NCBI GenBank assembly: GCA_964651335.1
Contig: CAZYVT010000012.1
Coordinates: 14,318-78,317 of the forward strand
Direction of reading: 5' to 3'
Source of the DNA: an uncultured Enterobacteriaceae bacterium
GTDB taxonomy: Bacteria > Pseudomonadota > Gammaproteobacteria > Burkholderiales > SG8-39
DNA length: 64,000 nt
Shown here: positions 1-13,462 of the stretch, piece by piece
How the letters are laid out: the number at the start of each line of letters is the position of its first letter
Position numbering within the stretch: position 1 is the first letter of the stretch
Made by a program: the position numbers and the translations under genes
Notes under the pieces: model-generated
The model's database searches: none
What the model was told of the DNA's origin: nothing
Seen by the model: the letters and a program-made list of their open reading frames with translations, nothing else

Positions 1-373
1 ACGCGTGGTCGTGATCGGCTCCAAGAATGTTCCCGCGCCCGGACCCGGTGCAGCGGCGTACTCGGTTTCCAAGGCGGCGCTCAACCAGCTCGCGCGCGTG
101 GCTGCGCTGGAGTGGGCAAAGGACGGCATACGGATCAACACCATCCATCCCAACGCGGTCTACGACACGGCGCTATGGACCGAAGAGGTGCTTGCGGCCC
201 GCGCCGCGGCCTATAGCCTCACGGTCGAGCAGTACAAGAAGAACAACCTGCTGAAGACCGAGGTGTTTTCGAAGGACGTCGCCGAATTGACTGCGGAGAT
301 GTGCGGACCGCTGTTCGCCAAGACCACCGCCGCCCAGGTGCCGGTGGATGGCGGCAACGAAAGGGTCGTCTAG
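1..373 (+). CDS. C-terminal part of a short-chain dehydrogenase, probably the bifunctional class II aldolase/SDR family (5' end outside window)
   Basis: SDR catalytic YxxxK (AYSVSKAA), [12 protein letters not shown], and the terminal PVDGGNER typical of bifunctional aldolase/SDR proteins. Confidence 0.75.
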   Translation, partial: RVVVIGSKNVPAPGPGAAAYSVSKAALNQLARVAALEWAKDGIRINTIHPNAVYDTALWTEEVLAARAAAYSLTVEQYKKNNLLKTEVFSKDVAELTAEMCGPLFAKTTAAQVPVDGGNERVV

Positions 374-1328
374 TGTCGGTCGAGCCGCTGCGCTGGAAGG
401 GCGATGCGCTCGAGCTTCTCGATCAGCGTCTGCTTCCCGAGAAAATCGCCTATGTAACTTGCCGCAGCGCCTCGGAGGTTGCCCAAGCAATCCGCGACAT
501 GGTGGTGCGCGGCGCACCGGCAATCGGCTGTGCGGCGGCGTTCGGCGTTGCGCTGGATGGTGGATCGGAACTGGCCTTTGACGTACTCGCGAAGAGCCGG
601 CCAACTGCGGTGAATCTCTTCTGGGCGCTCGCGCGCATGCGCAAGGCGAACGACTTCGAGGCGGAGGCGCGCGCGATTTACGACGAAGATCTCGCCGCCA
701 ACCGGGCGATGGGCGCGCTCGGTGCGGCACTCGTCCCGGACGGAGCCCGCATCATGACCCACTGCAATGCCGGCGCCCTTGCCACCGCGGGATACGGCAC
801 CGCGCTCGGCGTGATCCGCTCGGCCCGCGACGCGGGCAAGCGCGTCTCGGTCATCGTCAACGAAACGCGTCCCTACCTCCAGGGCGCTCGGCTGACGGCG
901 TGGGAGATGGTGGAGGAAGGCATCCCGGCAACGCTGATCGCCGACAGCATGGCTGGCCATTTCATGAGCCGCGGCGAGGTCGACATGGTTCTCGTCGGCG
1001 CCGACCGGATCGCGGCGAACGGCGATGTCGCCAACAAGATCGGGACGTATACGCTCGCCGTGCTCGCGCAGCGCCATCGCCTGCCCTTCTACGTCGCCGC
1101 GCCACTGTCGACGTTCGATCCGGCAATTCCCGACGGCTCGCGGATTCCGATCGAAGAACGGCCCGCCGACGAGCTGACCGGCTACCGCGGCACGCGCTGG
1201 GCGCCGCAGGGTATTGCCGTGCGCAATCCTGCGTTCGATGTCACGCCGGCCGAGCTGGTGACCGGGCTGATCACCGAAAAGGGCGTCGTGCTCGATCCAA
1301 ACCGCGAGCGCATTGCGGCACTGTTCGC

Positions 1329-1332
<4 letters not shown>
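373..1332 (+). CDS. mtnA: S-methyl-5-thioribose-1-phosphate isomerase
   Basis: [81 protein letters not shown]; GTG start at 373 overlaps the upstream TAG. Confidence 0.95.
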
Positions 1333-2803
<1,471 letters not shown>

Positions 2804-2811
<8 letters not shown>

Positions 2812-3229
2812 CAGGGACATCGTGCTGCGCAAGTCCGAGGCGATCGAGCACCACGCGAGCCGGCTGCGCGCGAAGCTTCCGCTGGAAGCCGCCGCGCTCG
2901 AGGCGGACGAAAGCCTGCGCAACGACGTGTGTTTCGATCTGTTGCAGGCGATTCAGGCCTGTATCGATCTGGCCGTGCATGCGTGCACGCACGAATCTCT
3001 CGGAGTGCCCGAGAGCCCCGCCGTCGCGTTCGCGCTGCTCGAGCGGCATCGCGTCATCACGGAGCCGCTCTCGTTTCGCCTGGCCAGGGCCGCCGGATTG
3101 CGCAACCTCATCGTCCATCGTTATGCCGACATCATGGCGCCGCGGCTGATCGAGGCGATCGCGACGGGTCTGGTCGATCTCGACGAATTCGCGAGTGCGC
3201 TCCGCGCGCACGCCGACGCTTCGCGCTGA
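2804..3229 (+). CDS. hepT: HepT-type HEPN/DUF86 ribonuclease toxin
   Basis: Rx4HxY motif (RNLIVHRY), LQAIQACIDLA; GTG start at 2804. Confidence 0.85.
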
Positions 3230-3247
3230 GCGCGCGAGTCCGGTTTC

Positions 3248-4810
3248 TCACTCCCACTCGATTGTCGCGGGCGGCTTGGAGGAAATGTCGTAGGTCACGC
3301 GGTTGATGCCGCGCACCTCGTTGATGATGCGGCTCGAGACGCGCGAGAGCAGCTCGTGCGGCAGCGGCGCCCAGTCGGCGGTCATGAAGTCGGTGGTCTG
3401 CACCGCGCGCAACGCCACCACGTTTTCGTAGGTGCGGCCGTCTCCCATCACGCCGACCGACCTCACGGGCAGAAAGACGGAGAATGCCTGGGCGACCCTG
3501 TCGTACCAGCCGGCAGCGCTCAGCTCGTCGATGAAGATCGCGTCCGCGCGGCGCAACAGGTCCGCGTATTCGCGCTTCACCTCGCCGAGGATGCGCACCC
3601 CGAGACCGGGTCCGGGAAACGGGTGTCTGAACACCATCTCGTCCGGCAACCCCAGCGCGCTGCCGAGCTCCCTCACCTCGTCCTTGAACAGCTCGCGCAA
3701 GGGCTCCAGAAGCTTGAGGTGAAGCGTCTCCGGAAGGCCGCCGACGTTGTGGTGCGACTTGATGCTGGCGGCTTTTTTTGTCTTCGCGCCCGCCGATTCG
3801 ATGACATCCGGATAGATCGTTCCCTGAGCGAGCCACTTCGCGTTGCGGACCTTCGCGGCTTCGCGCTGGAACACCTCCACGAAGTGCTTGCCGATGACCT
3901 TTCTCTTCTGCTCCGGGTCGGATACGCCTGCCAGCGCCGCATAGAACTCCGCCGCGGCGTCCACATGGACGACCTTCACCTGCAAGTGCCGCGAGAACAT
4001 ATCCAGCACCTGCACGGCTTCGTTCAGGCGCAGCAGGCCGTGGTCCACGAACACGCAGGTCAGTTGATCGCCGATCGCCCTGTGAATGAGCGCCGCCGCG
4101 ACCGAGGAGTCGACGCCACCGGAAAGCCCGAGAATGACTTCGTCGTCCCCCACCTCATCGCGAATGCGCGCTACCGCTTCCACGACATAGTCGGGCATGT
4201 TCCAGTCGGCACCACAGCCGCAGATCTCGCGCACGAAGCGGTGCAGGATTTTCGTTCCCTGCTTCGTGTGCGTGACCTCGGGATGGAACTGCACGCCGTA
4301 GAAGCGGCGCGTCTCGTCGGCCATCGCCGCGATCGGACAGGCGTCCGTGGAGGCCATGAGCGTGAACCCGGCCGGCAGCTCCACTACCTTGTCGCCATGG
4401 CTCATCCATACCTTCAGCAAGCCATGACCCTCGGGCGTGCGCGCATCCTCGATGCCTTCAAGCAGCCGCGAATGGCCGCGAGCCCGCACTTCCGCAGGGC
4501 CGAACTCGCGCACCTTGCCCGGCTCGACCTTGCCGCCGAGCTGCTGCGCCATCAACTGCATGCCGTAGCAGATTCCCAGCACCGGCACGCCGAGCGCAAA
4601 CACCGATTGCGGGGCCTTGTCGTTGGACTCCTCGTAGGCGGCCATGTGGCTGCCCGAGAGGATCACCCCCTTGGCGCCGAACGCGCGTACGAACTCGTCG
4701 CCGATGTCGCAGGGATGGATCTCGCAATAGACTTTCGCCTCGCGCACCCGGCGGGCGATCAGCTGCGTGTACTGCGCCCCGAAGTCTAGGATCAGGATCC
4801 GGTCGTGCAT
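3248..4810 (-). CDS. guaA: GMP synthase (glutamine-hydrolysing)
   Basis: [45 protein letters not shown]. Confidence 0.98.
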   Translation of the reverse strand: MHDRILILDFGAQYTQLIARRVREAKVYCEIHPCDIGDEFVRAFGAKGVILSGSHMAAYEESNDKAPQSVFALGVPVLGICYGMQLMAQQLGGKVEPGKVREFGPAEVRARGHSRLLEGIEDARTPEGHGLLKVWMSHGDKVVELPAGFTLMASTDACPIAAMADETRRFYGVQFHPEVTHTKQGTKILHRFVREICGCGADWNMPDYVVEAVARIRDEVGDDEVILGLSGGVDSSVAAALIHRAIGDQLTCVFVDHGLLRLNEAVQVLDMFSRHLQVKVVHVDAAAEFYAALAGVSDPEQKRKVIGKHFVEVFQREAAKVRNAKWLAQGTIYPDVIESAGAKTKKAASIKSHHNVGGLPETLHLKLLEPLRELFKDEVRELGSALGLPDEMVFRHPFPGPGLGVRILGEVKREYADLLRRADAIFIDELSAAGWYDRVAQAFSVFLPVRSVGVMGDGRTYENVVALRAVQTTDFMTADWAPLPHELLSRVSSRIINEVRGINRVTYDISSKPPATIEWE

Positions 4811-4817
4811 CCCGACC

Positions 4818-6278
4818 CTATTCGACGCGGTAATTCGGTGCTTCCTTCACGATCTGCACGTCGTGCACGTGCGACTCGCGCATGCCGGCCTGCGTGATCT
4901 CGATGAACTGCGCCTGCTTGCGCAGCTCCTCCAGCGAGGCACAGCCCGTATACCCCATGCTGGCGCGCACGCCGCCCATCAGTTGCTGGATGACCCAGAC
5001 GGCGCTCCCCTTGTACGCCACGCGCCCTTCGACGCCTTCGGGCACGAGCTTGTCCACGTTCATCTCGGAATCCTGGAAGTAACGGTCTGCAGCGCCTTGC
5101 CACATCGCGCTCAGCGAGCCCATCCCGCGATAGGACTTGTACGAGCGCCCCTGGTAGAGCTCGATGTCGCCCGGGGACTCGTCCGTGCCGGCGAACAGCG
5201 ACCCCAGCATCACCGCGTTCGCTCCGGCGGCAAGCGCCTTGGCGATATCTCCCGAGTACCGGATCCCGCCGTCGGCGATGAGCGGCACCCCGATCTTCGC
5301 GAGCGCTTCGGCGACGTTCTGGATCGCCGTGATCTGCGGCACGCCGACTCCCGCGACGATGCGCGTGGTGCAGATGGAACCGGGGCCGATCCCGACCTTG
5401 ACGCCGTCTGCGCCGTGATCGGCCAGCGCTCTCGCCCCGTCCGCGGTGCCGATGTTGCCGCCGATCACCTGCACCTCGGGATGATTCTTCTTGATCCACT
5501 GCACGCGATCGAGCACGCCCTGCGCGTGCCCGTGCGCGGTGTCCACGACCAGCACGTCCGCGCCGGCCTCGACCAGAGCTTCAACGCGCTCCTCGGTGCC
5601 CTCCCCCACACCTACCGCCGCGCCCACCCGCAGCTTCCCCTGCGGGTCCTTGCAGGCGCTGGGATGCTCGGTTTCCTTGAGGATGTCCTTGACCGTGACA
5701 AGGCCCTTGAGTTGCCAGGTACCGTCCACCACCAGCACGCGCTCGAGTCGATGCTCGTGCATCAGCCGCATCGCTTCCTCGCGGCTCCCGCCATCGCGAA
5801 CGGTGATCAGGCGCTTTTGCGGCGTCATGATGTTCTTGACCGGCTGCTCGAGCCGGGTCTCGAAACGCAGGTCGCGGTTGGTCACGATCCCGACGACCTT
5901 GCCGCCCTTGACCACCGGGAAGCCGGAAATCTTGTGCTGCTTCTGCAGCGCCATCACCTCGCGCACGCTCATGTCGGGGGAAACCGTCATCGGGTCGCGC
6001 AGCACGCCGGATTCGAAGCGCTTGACCTTGGCGACCTCGACCGCCTGGGCCTTCGGTTCGAGATTCTTGTGCACGATCCCGATGCCGCCTTCCTGCGCGA
6101 TCGCGATTGCCAGACGGGCTTCGGTCACGGTGTCCATCGCGGCGGACACGAGCGGGATGTTGAGTTCGAGTTTCCGGGTCAGGCGGGTCTTCAGGGAGAC
6201 TTCGCGCGGCAGAACGCGCGAGTGGGCGGGAAGGAGGAGGACGTCATCGAAGGTGAGCGCCTTCTGAATCACCCGCAT
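4818..6278 (-). CDS. guaB: IMP dehydrogenase
   Basis: [12 protein letters not shown] pair, [23 protein letters not shown]. Confidence 0.98.
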   Translation of the reverse strand: MRVIQKALTFDDVLLLPAHSRVLPREVSLKTRLTRKLELNIPLVSAAMDTVTEARLAIAIAQEGGIGIVHKNLEPKAQAVEVAKVKRFESGVLRDPMTVSPDMSVREVMALQKQHKISGFPVVKGGKVVGIVTNRDLRFETRLEQPVKNIMTPQKRLITVRDGGSREEAMRLMHEHRLERVLVVDGTWQLKGLVTVKDILKETEHPSACKDPQGKLRVGAAVGVGEGTEERVEALVEAGADVLVVDTAHGHAQGVLDRVQWIKKNHPEVQVIGGNIGTADGARALADHGADGVKVGIGPGSICTTRIVAGVGVPQITAIQNVAEALAKIGVPLIADGGIRYSGDIAKALAAGANAVMLGSLFAGTDESPGDIELYQGRSYKSYRGMGSLSAMWQGAADRYFQDSEMNVDKLVPEGVEGRVAYKGSAVWVIQQLMGGVRASMGYTGCASLEELRKQAQFIEITQAGMRESHVHDVQIVKEAPNYRVE

Positions 6279-6302
6279 GGATGTCCTTTCACACAAATAC
6301 GC

Positions 6303-6350
6303 ATTATACGCAAGCAAGCGTTTGACGGGAAGGGAAAAACTGGATAGCTT
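6303..6350. promoter_or_regulatory. Overlapping divergent sigma70-like promoters (guaB / DUF4124 gene)
   Basis: Minus-strand TATAAT at 6303-6308; plus-strand TTGACG (6322-6327)-17 nt-TAGCTT (6345-6350). Confidence 0.45.
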
Positions 6351-6404
6351 GACCGTGTCCTCCGGAAAGCGTTCTGTGCGTTGTTGCCGGTGAGAGGTGA
6401 AACC

Positions 6405-6893
6405 ATGCGAATTGCAGCGATAGCGGTTCTGACGGTCTTTGCGTGCCTCATCACTGAAGCGCAGGCACAGGTCTACTGCTGGAACACCAAGGACGGCAAG
6501 CGCCAGTGCGGCGATACGCCACCGCCCGGCGTCAAGGCAACCACGATGGGGGCGCCCGCTGCGCCGGCGCTGTCGCCCCCACCGGCCGGTGCGAAGGACG
6601 CGGCGTCAAAGGATGCGAAGAAAGGCCCCCTCACGCCGGCCGAGCAGGAGCAGGAATTCCGCAAGCGCCAGCTCGAGGCGCAAAAATCGCGCGAGAAGGA
6701 CGAGCAGGCGCAGCAGCAGGCCGAGGCAAAGCAGCAGAATTGCGAGCGGGCGCGCGAGGCATTGCGCGTTTACGAGAGCGGCCAGCGGATCGCCCGGATG
6801 GACAAGCAGGGCGAGCGCGTTTACCTCGACGAAGCGCAGGTTGCGCAGGAGGCGGAGAAGGCGCGCCAGGCCGTGCAGCGGTCCTGCAACTAG
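6405..6893 (+). CDS. DUF4124-type exported protein
   Basis: Signal peptide, [20 protein letters not shown], coiled-coil segment, C-terminal Cys pair. Confidence 0.75.
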   Translation: MRIAAIAVLTVFACLITEAQAQVYCWNTKDGKRQCGDTPPPGVKATTMGAPAAPALSPPPAGAKDAASKDAKKGPLTPAEQEQEFRKRQLEAQKSREKDEQAQQQAEAKQQNCERAREALRVYESGQRIARMDKQGERVYLDEAQVAQEAEKARQAVQRSCN

Positions 6894-6908
6894 GCGGCTG
6901 ACACCCGT

Positions 6909-7193
6909 TCAGCGGCGCTTGCGGTGTGCGCGCAGGCGCCGTGCCTCCATCGGCCCCATCACCAGCGGCCGGAGGATCTCGACCCGGTCTCCCTCGCGGA
7001 GGGGCTCGTCGGATCGGATCTCCCTGCCGAACCTGCTGAGCTTGTTCCGCCGCAGATCGATTTCCCGATGGCGGGCAAGCACCCCCGATGCGTGCAGCGC
7101 ATCGCGCGCGCACGCTCCCTCCTCCAGTTCGACGGCCGTCACGTCCTGCGCCGCCGCCAGCGCGTACACGACCTCAACGCGTACTCTTGCCAT
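6909..7193 (-). CDS. rnfH: RnfH/RatB ubiquitin-like protein
   Basis: VEVVYA...LREGDRVEILRPL...PMEARR; directly after ratA. Confidence 0.88.
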   Translation of the reverse strand: MARVRVEVVYALAAAQDVTAVELEEGACARDALHASGVLARHREIDLRRNKLSRFGREIRSDEPLREGDRVEILRPLVMGPMEARRLRAHRKRR

Positions 7194-7617
7194 GGAGCAT
7201 TTCCGCGCGGCGGGTGAACGCGTCCAGCATCGTGCCTGCGATGTTCTCGAACAGGGGCTCGAGCGCCCTTGCGACCACCCGGTTCGCGAACTCGTAGGCA
7301 ATCGCAACTTCGATTTTTGCCGCCCCCGCGCCGAGCGGCGCGAACTTCCAGTGCGCGGCAAAGCGGCGGAACGGACCTTCCAGCAATCGCATTTCGATGC
7401 CGCGGCCCGGCGAGTTCGCGTTCTCCGTGGTGAACGACTGACGAATGCCCGGCATCCCGACCTCGATCGTCGCGACGGTCCGTCCGGGCGAGCGCTCGCG
7501 GACATGCGCACCGACACACCAGGGCAGGAATTCAGGATAGGACTCGATGTCCTCCACCAGCGCATAGAGCCTTTCTGCGCTGCATTCCACGATTGCCGAG
7601 CGCGCAATGCGTCTCAT
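7174..7617 (-). CDS. ratA: Ribosome association toxin RatA/PasT (START domain)
   Basis: [32 protein letters not shown]; divergent from smpB. Confidence 0.9.
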   Translation of the reverse strand: MRRIARSAIVECSAERLYALVEDIESYPEFLPWCVGAHVRERSPGRTVATIEVGMPGIRQSFTTENANSPGRGIEMRLLEGPFRRFAAHWKFAPLGAGAAKIEVAIAYEFANRVVARALEPLFENIAGTMLDAFTRRAEMLHGKSTR

Positions 7618-7682
7618 GCCGGCGAGGGAAGAGTTGGTCGGCTTCCCTGGGCTACAATCGACGCCCTTCCCGGCGCCACGCC

Positions 7683-8126
7683 ATGTCCATCGTCCAGAAT
7701 CGCAAGGCGTTTCACGACTATTTCGTCGAGGAACGCTACGAGGCCGGACTTGCGCTCGAAGGCTGGGAGGTCAAGGCGATCCGCGCCGGACGCGCGCAGA
7801 TCCACGACGCGTATGTGATGGTGAAGGACTCGGCGCTGTGGCTCATCGGTGCGCATGTCAGCCCGTTGACCACTGCCTCGACGCATGTGACGCCCGAACC
7901 CGCGCGCACCCGGAAGCTGCTTCTGCACGCCGACCAGATCAGGCGCCTGATCGGAAAAGTGGCGCAGCGCGGCTACGCCCTGATTGCGCTCGATCTGCAT
8001 TACTCGAAAGGCCGCATCAAGGTCGAAATTGCTCTCGCGCGAGGAAAACTCAAACATGACAAGCGCGCCTCCGAGCGCGAGCGCGAATGGCAGCGCGAAA
8101 AGCAAAAACTCCTACGCCAGCGCTGA
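7683..8126 (+). CDS. smpB: SsrA-binding protein
   Basis: [38 protein letters not shown]. Confidence 0.97.
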   Translation: MSIVQNRKAFHDYFVEERYEAGLALEGWEVKAIRAGRAQIHDAYVMVKDSALWLIGAHVSPLTTASTHVTPEPARTRKLLLHADQIRRLIGKVAQRGYALIALDLHYSKGRIKVEIALARGKLKHDKRASEREREWQREKQKLLRQR

Positions 8127-10523
8127 GCGACGCGGCTCGCCGGTCGGCGCCGCCTGTTCTCCGAGTGCAAGCCACGTCGAGACGACGCTGTCGGGATTGA
8201 GAGACAGGCTGTCGATTCCGCGCTCCATCAGCCAGCGCGCCAGGTCCGGGTGGTCCGACGGGCCCTGTCCGCAGATCCCCACGTACTTTCCATGCTTGCG
8301 GCAGGCGCGGATCGCAAGCTCGAGCAGTGCTTTCACCGCGGGGTCGCGCTCGTCAAAAGCGCCGGCGACCAGACTCGAATCGCGGTCCAGGCCCAGCGTC
8401 AGCTGGGTGAGATCGTTGGAACCGATCGAGAAGCCGTCGAAATGCTCCAGAAATGCTTCCGCCAGGATCGCGTTGGACGGCACCTCGCACATCATGACCA
8501 GCCGAAGGCCGTTGTCGCCACGCCGCAAACCGTGATCCGCAAGCAGCTTGACGACGTTCCTCGCCTCGTCGAGGGTGCGCACGAACGGCACCATGAGTTC
8601 GACGTTGACCAGGCCGAGCTCCCCGCGCACCTTGCGAATCGCCGCGCACTCGAGCTCGAAGCAGGCGCGGAAATCGGGCGCCAGATAACGCGCGGCGCCG
8701 CGAAATCCGAGCATCGGGTTTTCCTCCTCCGGCTCGTAACGTCCTCCCCCCAATAGTTTCCGGTACTCATTGGACTTGAAATCGGAGAGCCGCACGATCA
8801 CCGGCTTGGGCCAGAACGCCGCGGCGATCGTGGCAACGCCCTCGACCAGTTTCTCCCGGAAAAAACTGCTCGGGTCGGGGTACCCCCGAGCGGCGCGCTC
8901 CACCGCCGCCTTCAGGTCCTGCGGCAACGTCTCGTGTTCGATGCACGCCCTCGGATGCACGCCAATCTCGTTATTGATGATGAATTCCAGGCGCGCCAGC
9001 CCGACGCCTGCGTTCGGCAGCTGCGCGAAGTTGAACGCGAGCCGCGGATTGCCGACGTTCATCGCGATTTTCAGCGGGATCCGGGGCATCTCGCCGAGCT
9101 CGGTCGTGGCGATTTCGAAGGCCAGCAACCCTTCGTAGACGTTTCCGGTGTCGCCTTCGGCGCAGGAAACGGTCACCGGCTGCCCGTCGTTCAAACGCTG
9201 CGTCGCGTTGCCGCATCCGACGACCGCGGGAATTCCGAGCTCCCGGGCGATGATCGCAGCGTGACACGTACGCCCGCCGCGGTTGGTGACGATCGCGCTC
9301 GCGAGCTTCATCACCGGTTCCCAATTCGGATCGGTCATGTCCGTGACCAGCACCTCGCCCTTGCGAACGGTCGACATCCGCGAGATGTCCGTGACCACAC
9401 GCACCGGGCCGGCGCCGATCTTGTGGCCAATCGCGCGTCCTGTGGCAAGCACCCGGCCGCGGCTCTTGAGCCGGTAGCGCTCTTCGGCCTGGCCCCGTTT
9501 TCTGGACCGCACCGTCTCGGGTCGGGCCTGGACGATATAGATCCTGCCGTCCGCGCCATCCTTTGCCCACTCGATGTCCATCGGGCAGCCGTAATGCTTT
9601 TCAATCGAACAGGCATAGCGCGCCAGCTCGAGGACATCCGCGTCGTTGAGGGAAAAGCGGTTGCGTTCGGCATCCGTCGCCTCGACCGTCCGCGTCGAGC
9701 GCCCGGCAGATGCCGCCTGCGCAAAGATCATCTTCTGCAGCTTCGAGCCGAGGCTGCGCCGGATGATCGCCGGATGTCCCGCGTCGAGCATCGGTTTGTG
9801 CACATAGAACTCGTCGGGATTGACCGCGCCCTGCACCACCAGCTCGCCCAGGCCCCAGGAGGACGTGATGAAGACCACGTCCCGAAAGCCGGACTCCGTG
9901 TCCAGGGTGAACATCACACCGGCCGCGCCCAGATCGCTCCGCACCATGCGCTGCACGGCCACCGACAGGGACACCGCGCCGTGCTCGAACCCTCGATGCA
10001 CCCGGTACGAAATCGCGCGATCGTTATACAGCGACGCAAAGACACGCCGGATTGCCTCCAGCACCTGCTCGGCGCCACGAATGTTGAGGAAAGTTTCCTG
10101 CTGGCCGGCGAACGACGCATCCGGCAGATCTTCGGCGGTCGCAGAGGATCTGACGGCAAACGAGAGATCGCTCGAGGACTCATTTATAAGTTGTTGATAA
10201 TAAGCTTTTAGTTCTGACGCTATGTGGCTCGGAAACGATGCGGAGGAGATCCAGCTGCGGATTTCGGTGCCACAGCGAGCAAGAGCTTCGACATCGTTCG
10301 GGTCAAGTGCCTGCAGGCGCGCCGCGATTCGCCGATCGAGGCCGTATTCGGAAAGAAACTCCTGGTACGCGCGGACGGTCGTCGCGAAACCCCCGGGAAC
10401 CCGGATACCCGTCTGCGACAGTCGCCCCACCATTTCGCCAAGCGAGGAATTCTTTCCTCCCACCTGATGCAGGTCGGCCATTCGCAGATCGCTCAGCCAT
10501 CTGACGTAGACCCCGTCTGTCAT
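8112..10523 (-). CDS. ppsA: Phosphoenolpyruvate synthase
   Basis: [58 protein letters not shown]. Confidence 0.98.
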   Translation of the reverse strand: MTDGVYVRWLSDLRMADLHQVGGKNSSLGEMVGRLSQTGIRVPGGFATTVRAYQEFLSEYGLDRRIAARLQALDPNDVEALARCGTEIRSWISSASFPSHIASELKAYYQQLINESSSDLSFAVRSSATAEDLPDASFAGQQETFLNIRGAEQVLEAIRRVFASLYNDRAISYRVHRGFEHGAVSLSVAVQRMVRSDLGAAGVMFTLDTESGFRDVVFITSSWGLGELVVQGAVNPDEFYVHKPMLDAGHPAIIRRSLGSKLQKMIFAQAASAGRSTRTVEATDAERNRFSLNDADVLELARYACSIEKHYGCPMDIEWAKDGADGRIYIVQARPETVRSRKRGQAEERYRLKSRGRVLATGRAIGHKIGAGPVRVVTDISRMSTVRKGEVLVTDMTDPNWEPVMKLASAIVTNRGGRTCHAAIIARELGIPAVVGCGNATQRLNDGQPVTVSCAEGDTGNVYEGLLAFEIATTELGEMPRIPLKIAMNVGNPRLAFNFAQLPNAGVGLARLEFIINNEIGVHPRACIEHETLPQDLKAAVERAARGYPDPSSFFREKLVEGVATIAAAFWPKPVIVRLSDFKSNEYRKLLGGGRYEPEEENPMLGFRGAARYLAPDFRACFELECAAIRKVRGELGLVNVELMVPFVRTLDEARNVVKLLADHGLRRGDNGLRLVMMCEVPSNAILAEAFLEHFDGFSIGSNDLTQLTLGLDRDSSLVAGAFDERDPAVKALLELAIRACRKHGKYVGICGQGPSDHPDLARWLMERGIDSLSLNPDSVVSTWLALGEQAAPTGEPRRSALA

Positions 10524-10616
10524 GCGCCTTTCCTCTCCGATTGCTCCATCGGCGTTATGCCTCTATTGTATCGGCTCGCCCTTTTGTCGCGCAGCACAAC
10601 CCAGCCGTTTTTCGAG

Positions 10617-11441
10617 ATGCCTCAACGACGCACGATATTTTTCGTTTCCGACGGCACAGGGATCACCGCGCAGATGCTCGGTCACAGCCTGCTCACGCAG
10701 TTCGAGGGCGTCGAGTTCAATCACGTGACCATACCGTTCGTGGATAGCGTCAAAAAGGCGGAGGAATGCCTCGACCGGATCGAGCGCGAAGCGGTGCCGG
10801 GCAACGGCCAGCCGATCGTGTTCTCGACGCTGGTCAACGGCGACGTCCGCCAGGTGATTCGGCGTGCAAAAGCACTGTTTCTCGATTTTTTCGAGACCTT
10901 CATCGATCCGCTTGAAGCCGGACTCGGCGTGAGGTCCAGCCACGCCATTGGCCGCTCGCACAGTGCGCTCGACAAGCAGGAGTACCAGCAGCGCATCGAG
11001 GCAATCAATTTTGCGATGACGCACGACGACGGCGCCTCGCACCGGGAATTGGGCCAGGCAGACGTGATCCTGATCGGCGTTTCGCGCAGCGGCAAGACCC
11101 CCACGAGCCTCTATCTGGCGCTGCAGCTCGGCGTCAGGGCCGCGAACTATCCGTTGATTCCCGAGGACTTCGCCCGTGATCAGCTGCCCGGGGCGCTCCG
11201 AACTCACAAGGCGAAGCTGTACGGTCTGACGATCGGCCCGGAGCGGCTGCATGAAATCAGGCAGCAGCGCCGGCCCGCCAGCCGATACGCCGATCTCGCC
11301 AACTGCCGCTACGAAGTCGAGCATGCGGAAATGCTGATGCGGCGCGAGGGCATCCGGTGGATCAATTCGACCGCAAAATCGATCGAGGAGATCGCGACCA
11401 CGATCCTGCGCGAGCTCAGGATCGAGCGCCACATGTACTGA
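10617..11441 (+). CDS. ppsR: PEP synthase regulatory kinase/pyrophosphorylase (DUF299)
   Basis: FFVSDGTGITA, HDDG, GVSRSGKTPTSLYLA; divergent from ppsA. Confidence 0.95.
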   Translation: MPQRRTIFFVSDGTGITAQMLGHSLLTQFEGVEFNHVTIPFVDSVKKAEECLDRIEREAVPGNGQPIVFSTLVNGDVRQVIRRAKALFLDFFETFIDPLEAGLGVRSSHAIGRSHSALDKQEYQQRIEAINFAMTHDDGASHRELGQADVILIGVSRSGKTPTSLYLALQLGVRAANYPLIPEDFARDQLPGALRTHKAKLYGLTIGPERLHEIRQQRRPASRYADLANCRYEVEHAEMLMRREGIRWINSTAKSIEEIATTILRELRIERHMY

Positions 11442-12207
11442 GCTGCCGGCTTCTCTCGTAAAAACAGATCGCGGCGGCGGCCGCCACATTGAGCGACTCT
11501 CCCGTTCCCGGCATCGGTATGGTGACCGCGAGGTTCGCACGCGCGGCCAGAGGACCGTGGATGCCGCGTCCTTCGGCGCCAAAGATCCAGAAAATCCGCC
11601 CTGCCAGTCCGGCTTCTGCAATCGGCGTGCCGCCGCGCGGCACGGTGCTGACGACGGTTCCGCCGAAGCGCCCGAGATCTGCCACTGGATCGCGCGATGC
11701 GCCGATGCACAATGCGAAGTGCGCGCCCATCCCGGCGCGCAGCACTTTCGGAGACCACGGGTCGGCGCACCCGGGGCCGACCAGCACATCGCGCACGCCG
11801 AACGCCGCGGCGCTTCGCAAGACTGCGCCGACGTTGCCTGCATCCTGAATGCCGTCCAGCAAAACGCAGCACGGCGAGTCCGGAAGCGACGGCCGTGCGG
11901 TCGGGAGCGCGATTTCCGCGGCGATTCCTTGTGGAGTCTGCGCGCCCGCAAGCGCGCGGAATACGGCGCTCGAAACGAGCACTGGCGAAATTCCGGCGCG
12001 CTCTGCCACGACATCGAGTTCGCGCCCCAGGATCCTGTCTTCGGAGACGATCAGCGCCTCGGGTTTGCCACCGCAGTCGAGGTATGCGGCCACCAGGCGA
12101 GGTCCTTCGATGAGCGCCCGTTCCTCAGCGCGCCGCGCCCGCGCATCCCGCACCAGCCTTTGCCAGCGGCGCACGCGCGGGTTGGCGCGCGAGCGGACGA
12201 CGGTCAT
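11416..12207 (-). CDS. TrmH/SpoU-family RNA methyltransferase
   Basis: LDGIQDAGNVGAVLRSAAAFG, FGAEGRG, ESLNVAAAAAI. Confidence 0.92.
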   Translation of the reverse strand: MTVVRSRANPRVRRWQRLVRDARARRAEERALIEGPRLVAAYLDCGGKPEALIVSEDRILGRELDVVAERAGISPVLVSSAVFRALAGAQTPQGIAAEIALPTARPSLPDSPCCVLLDGIQDAGNVGAVLRSAAAFGVRDVLVGPGCADPWSPKVLRAGMGAHFALCIGASRDPVADLGRFGGTVVSTVPRGGTPIAEAGLAGRIFWIFGAEGRGIHGPLAARANLAVTIPMPGTGESLNVAAAAAICFYERSRQLSTCGARS

Positions 12208-13430
12208 TGCGTTTCTGGCGCGCAGGTCCGGAACCCGGCAAAGATGTCCGCGCGATCGGGCGTAAAAAAGTTTCGATACGTCGTGCAAGCGATGCGTCGC
12301 GAAGTGGCGAAAGCGCCGCCGCGCAGCACCTTGTGTGTTCCGAACCAGGGCTCGGAGTACTCTTTGTAGGGATCCCGCAGGAAGCGCGGATACGGCAGAA
12401 ACGGGGTCGCGGTCCACTCCCAGATGTTGCCCGTCATCTGGCGCACGCCCCAGGGGCTGTCGCCAAGCGGGTAGGCGTGAACACTTGCAGGCGAAGCGTT
12501 CTCGAGGTTCGCACGCTCCGGCGTCCAGGGCTCGTCGCCCCAGGGATGAAGCCGCTTGCGTCCCGATCGCGGGTCCCAGGTCGCGGCGAACTCCCACTCG
12601 GCCTCGGTCGGGAGCCGCCGCCCGGCGTAGCGGCAATAGCCCTGCGCCTCGTTCCAGCTCACGTGCATCACCGGCTCATCGTCCACCAGGGCCAGCCAGC
12701 GGTCGAAGCGTCGCACGTGCCAGACGCCGTCGAGCTGCTTCCAGTGCGCCGGTGGCCGGCCGCCGGCGTCGACAAATGCGCGATACTCGGCGTTCGTCAC
12801 TGCCGTGCGCGCGATGCGGAACGGCTGGAGTACGACCGGGTGAACCCATTTCTCGTTGTCGAATATGAATTCGCCGCTATGGTGTGCCCCCAGCAGGAAC
12901 GCGCCTCCTGGAATTTCCGCATCGCCGGCAAGCCGTTCGCCTGCCGGATGGTCTCGCCTCGCGAGCGCCGGCGCCTCGTACCCCAGGGTCTGGCGCGTAT
13001 AGTGAAACGCCTCTGCGTGCATGTCCTCGTGACGCACCGCAAGCTGGGCGAAATAGACATCGTCCTCGTCGCAACGTTGCGAAAGGCGCTCGAGCAGCTG
13101 CTCCAGCACCGCATCGCGATAGCGAATGGTCGCCTGAAACGTCTGCAGCGGCAGCGACCAGCGTGAGTCGTGCGGCATCGTCGCCGAGTTGTAGAAGTCG
13201 TCGGCATTGGGCAGAATCGAATCGCCGCGCGCCGTCGCGTGGCGTCCCGGCGCGGTGCGTCTCAGACACCAGTACTCCTGGAACCAACCCACGTGCCCCA
13301 GCTCCCACCGCGGCGGATTGACGGTCGCAAGCATCGGGCCGAATTCGCGCGCATCTGCGAGGTCGTCTGCGACCGCGCGTGTATGCGCGCGCGACGCGTT
13401 CAGTTCCGCGGCGAGCATTGCTGGCGTCAT
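12204..13430 (-). CDS. senA: Selenoneine synthase SenA (EgtB-like: DinB_2 + FGE-sulfatase domains)
   Basis: NPPRWELGHVGWFQE, iron-binding HEDMH, FDNEKW, RLPTEAEWE, GNIWEW, YRNFF...FAGFRTC; adjacent to a senB-type glycosyltransferase. Confidence 0.85.
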   Translation of the reverse strand: MTPAMLAAELNASRAHTRAVADDLADAREFGPMLATVNPPRWELGHVGWFQEYWCLRRTAPGRHATARGDSILPNADDFYNSATMPHDSRWSLPLQTFQATIRYRDAVLEQLLERLSQRCDEDDVYFAQLAVRHEDMHAEAFHYTRQTLGYEAPALARRDHPAGERLAGDAEIPGGAFLLGAHHSGEFIFDNEKWVHPVVLQPFRIARTAVTNAEYRAFVDAGGRPPAHWKQLDGVWHVRRFDRWLALVDDEPVMHVSWNEAQGYCRYAGRRLPTEAEWEFAATWDPRSGRKRLHPWGDEPWTPERANLENASPASVHAYPLGDSPWGVRQMTGNIWEWTATPFLPYPRFLRDPYKEYSEPWFGTHKVLRGGAFATSRRIACTTYRNFFTPDRADIFAGFRTCAPETQ

Positions 13431-13444
13431 GACTGGTACCAGTC
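13431..13444. promoter_or_regulatory. Perfect 14-bp palindrome in the 32-bp senA/senB divergent spacer
   Basis: GACTGGTACCAGTC equals its own reverse complement and abuts the senA ATG. Confidence 0.45.
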
Positions 13445-13462
13445 TAGCGAAGAACGACGGCT

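Noticed and set aside
6909-7617. ratA-rnfH as an accessory TA system
   Set aside because: Conserved core locus divergent from smpB
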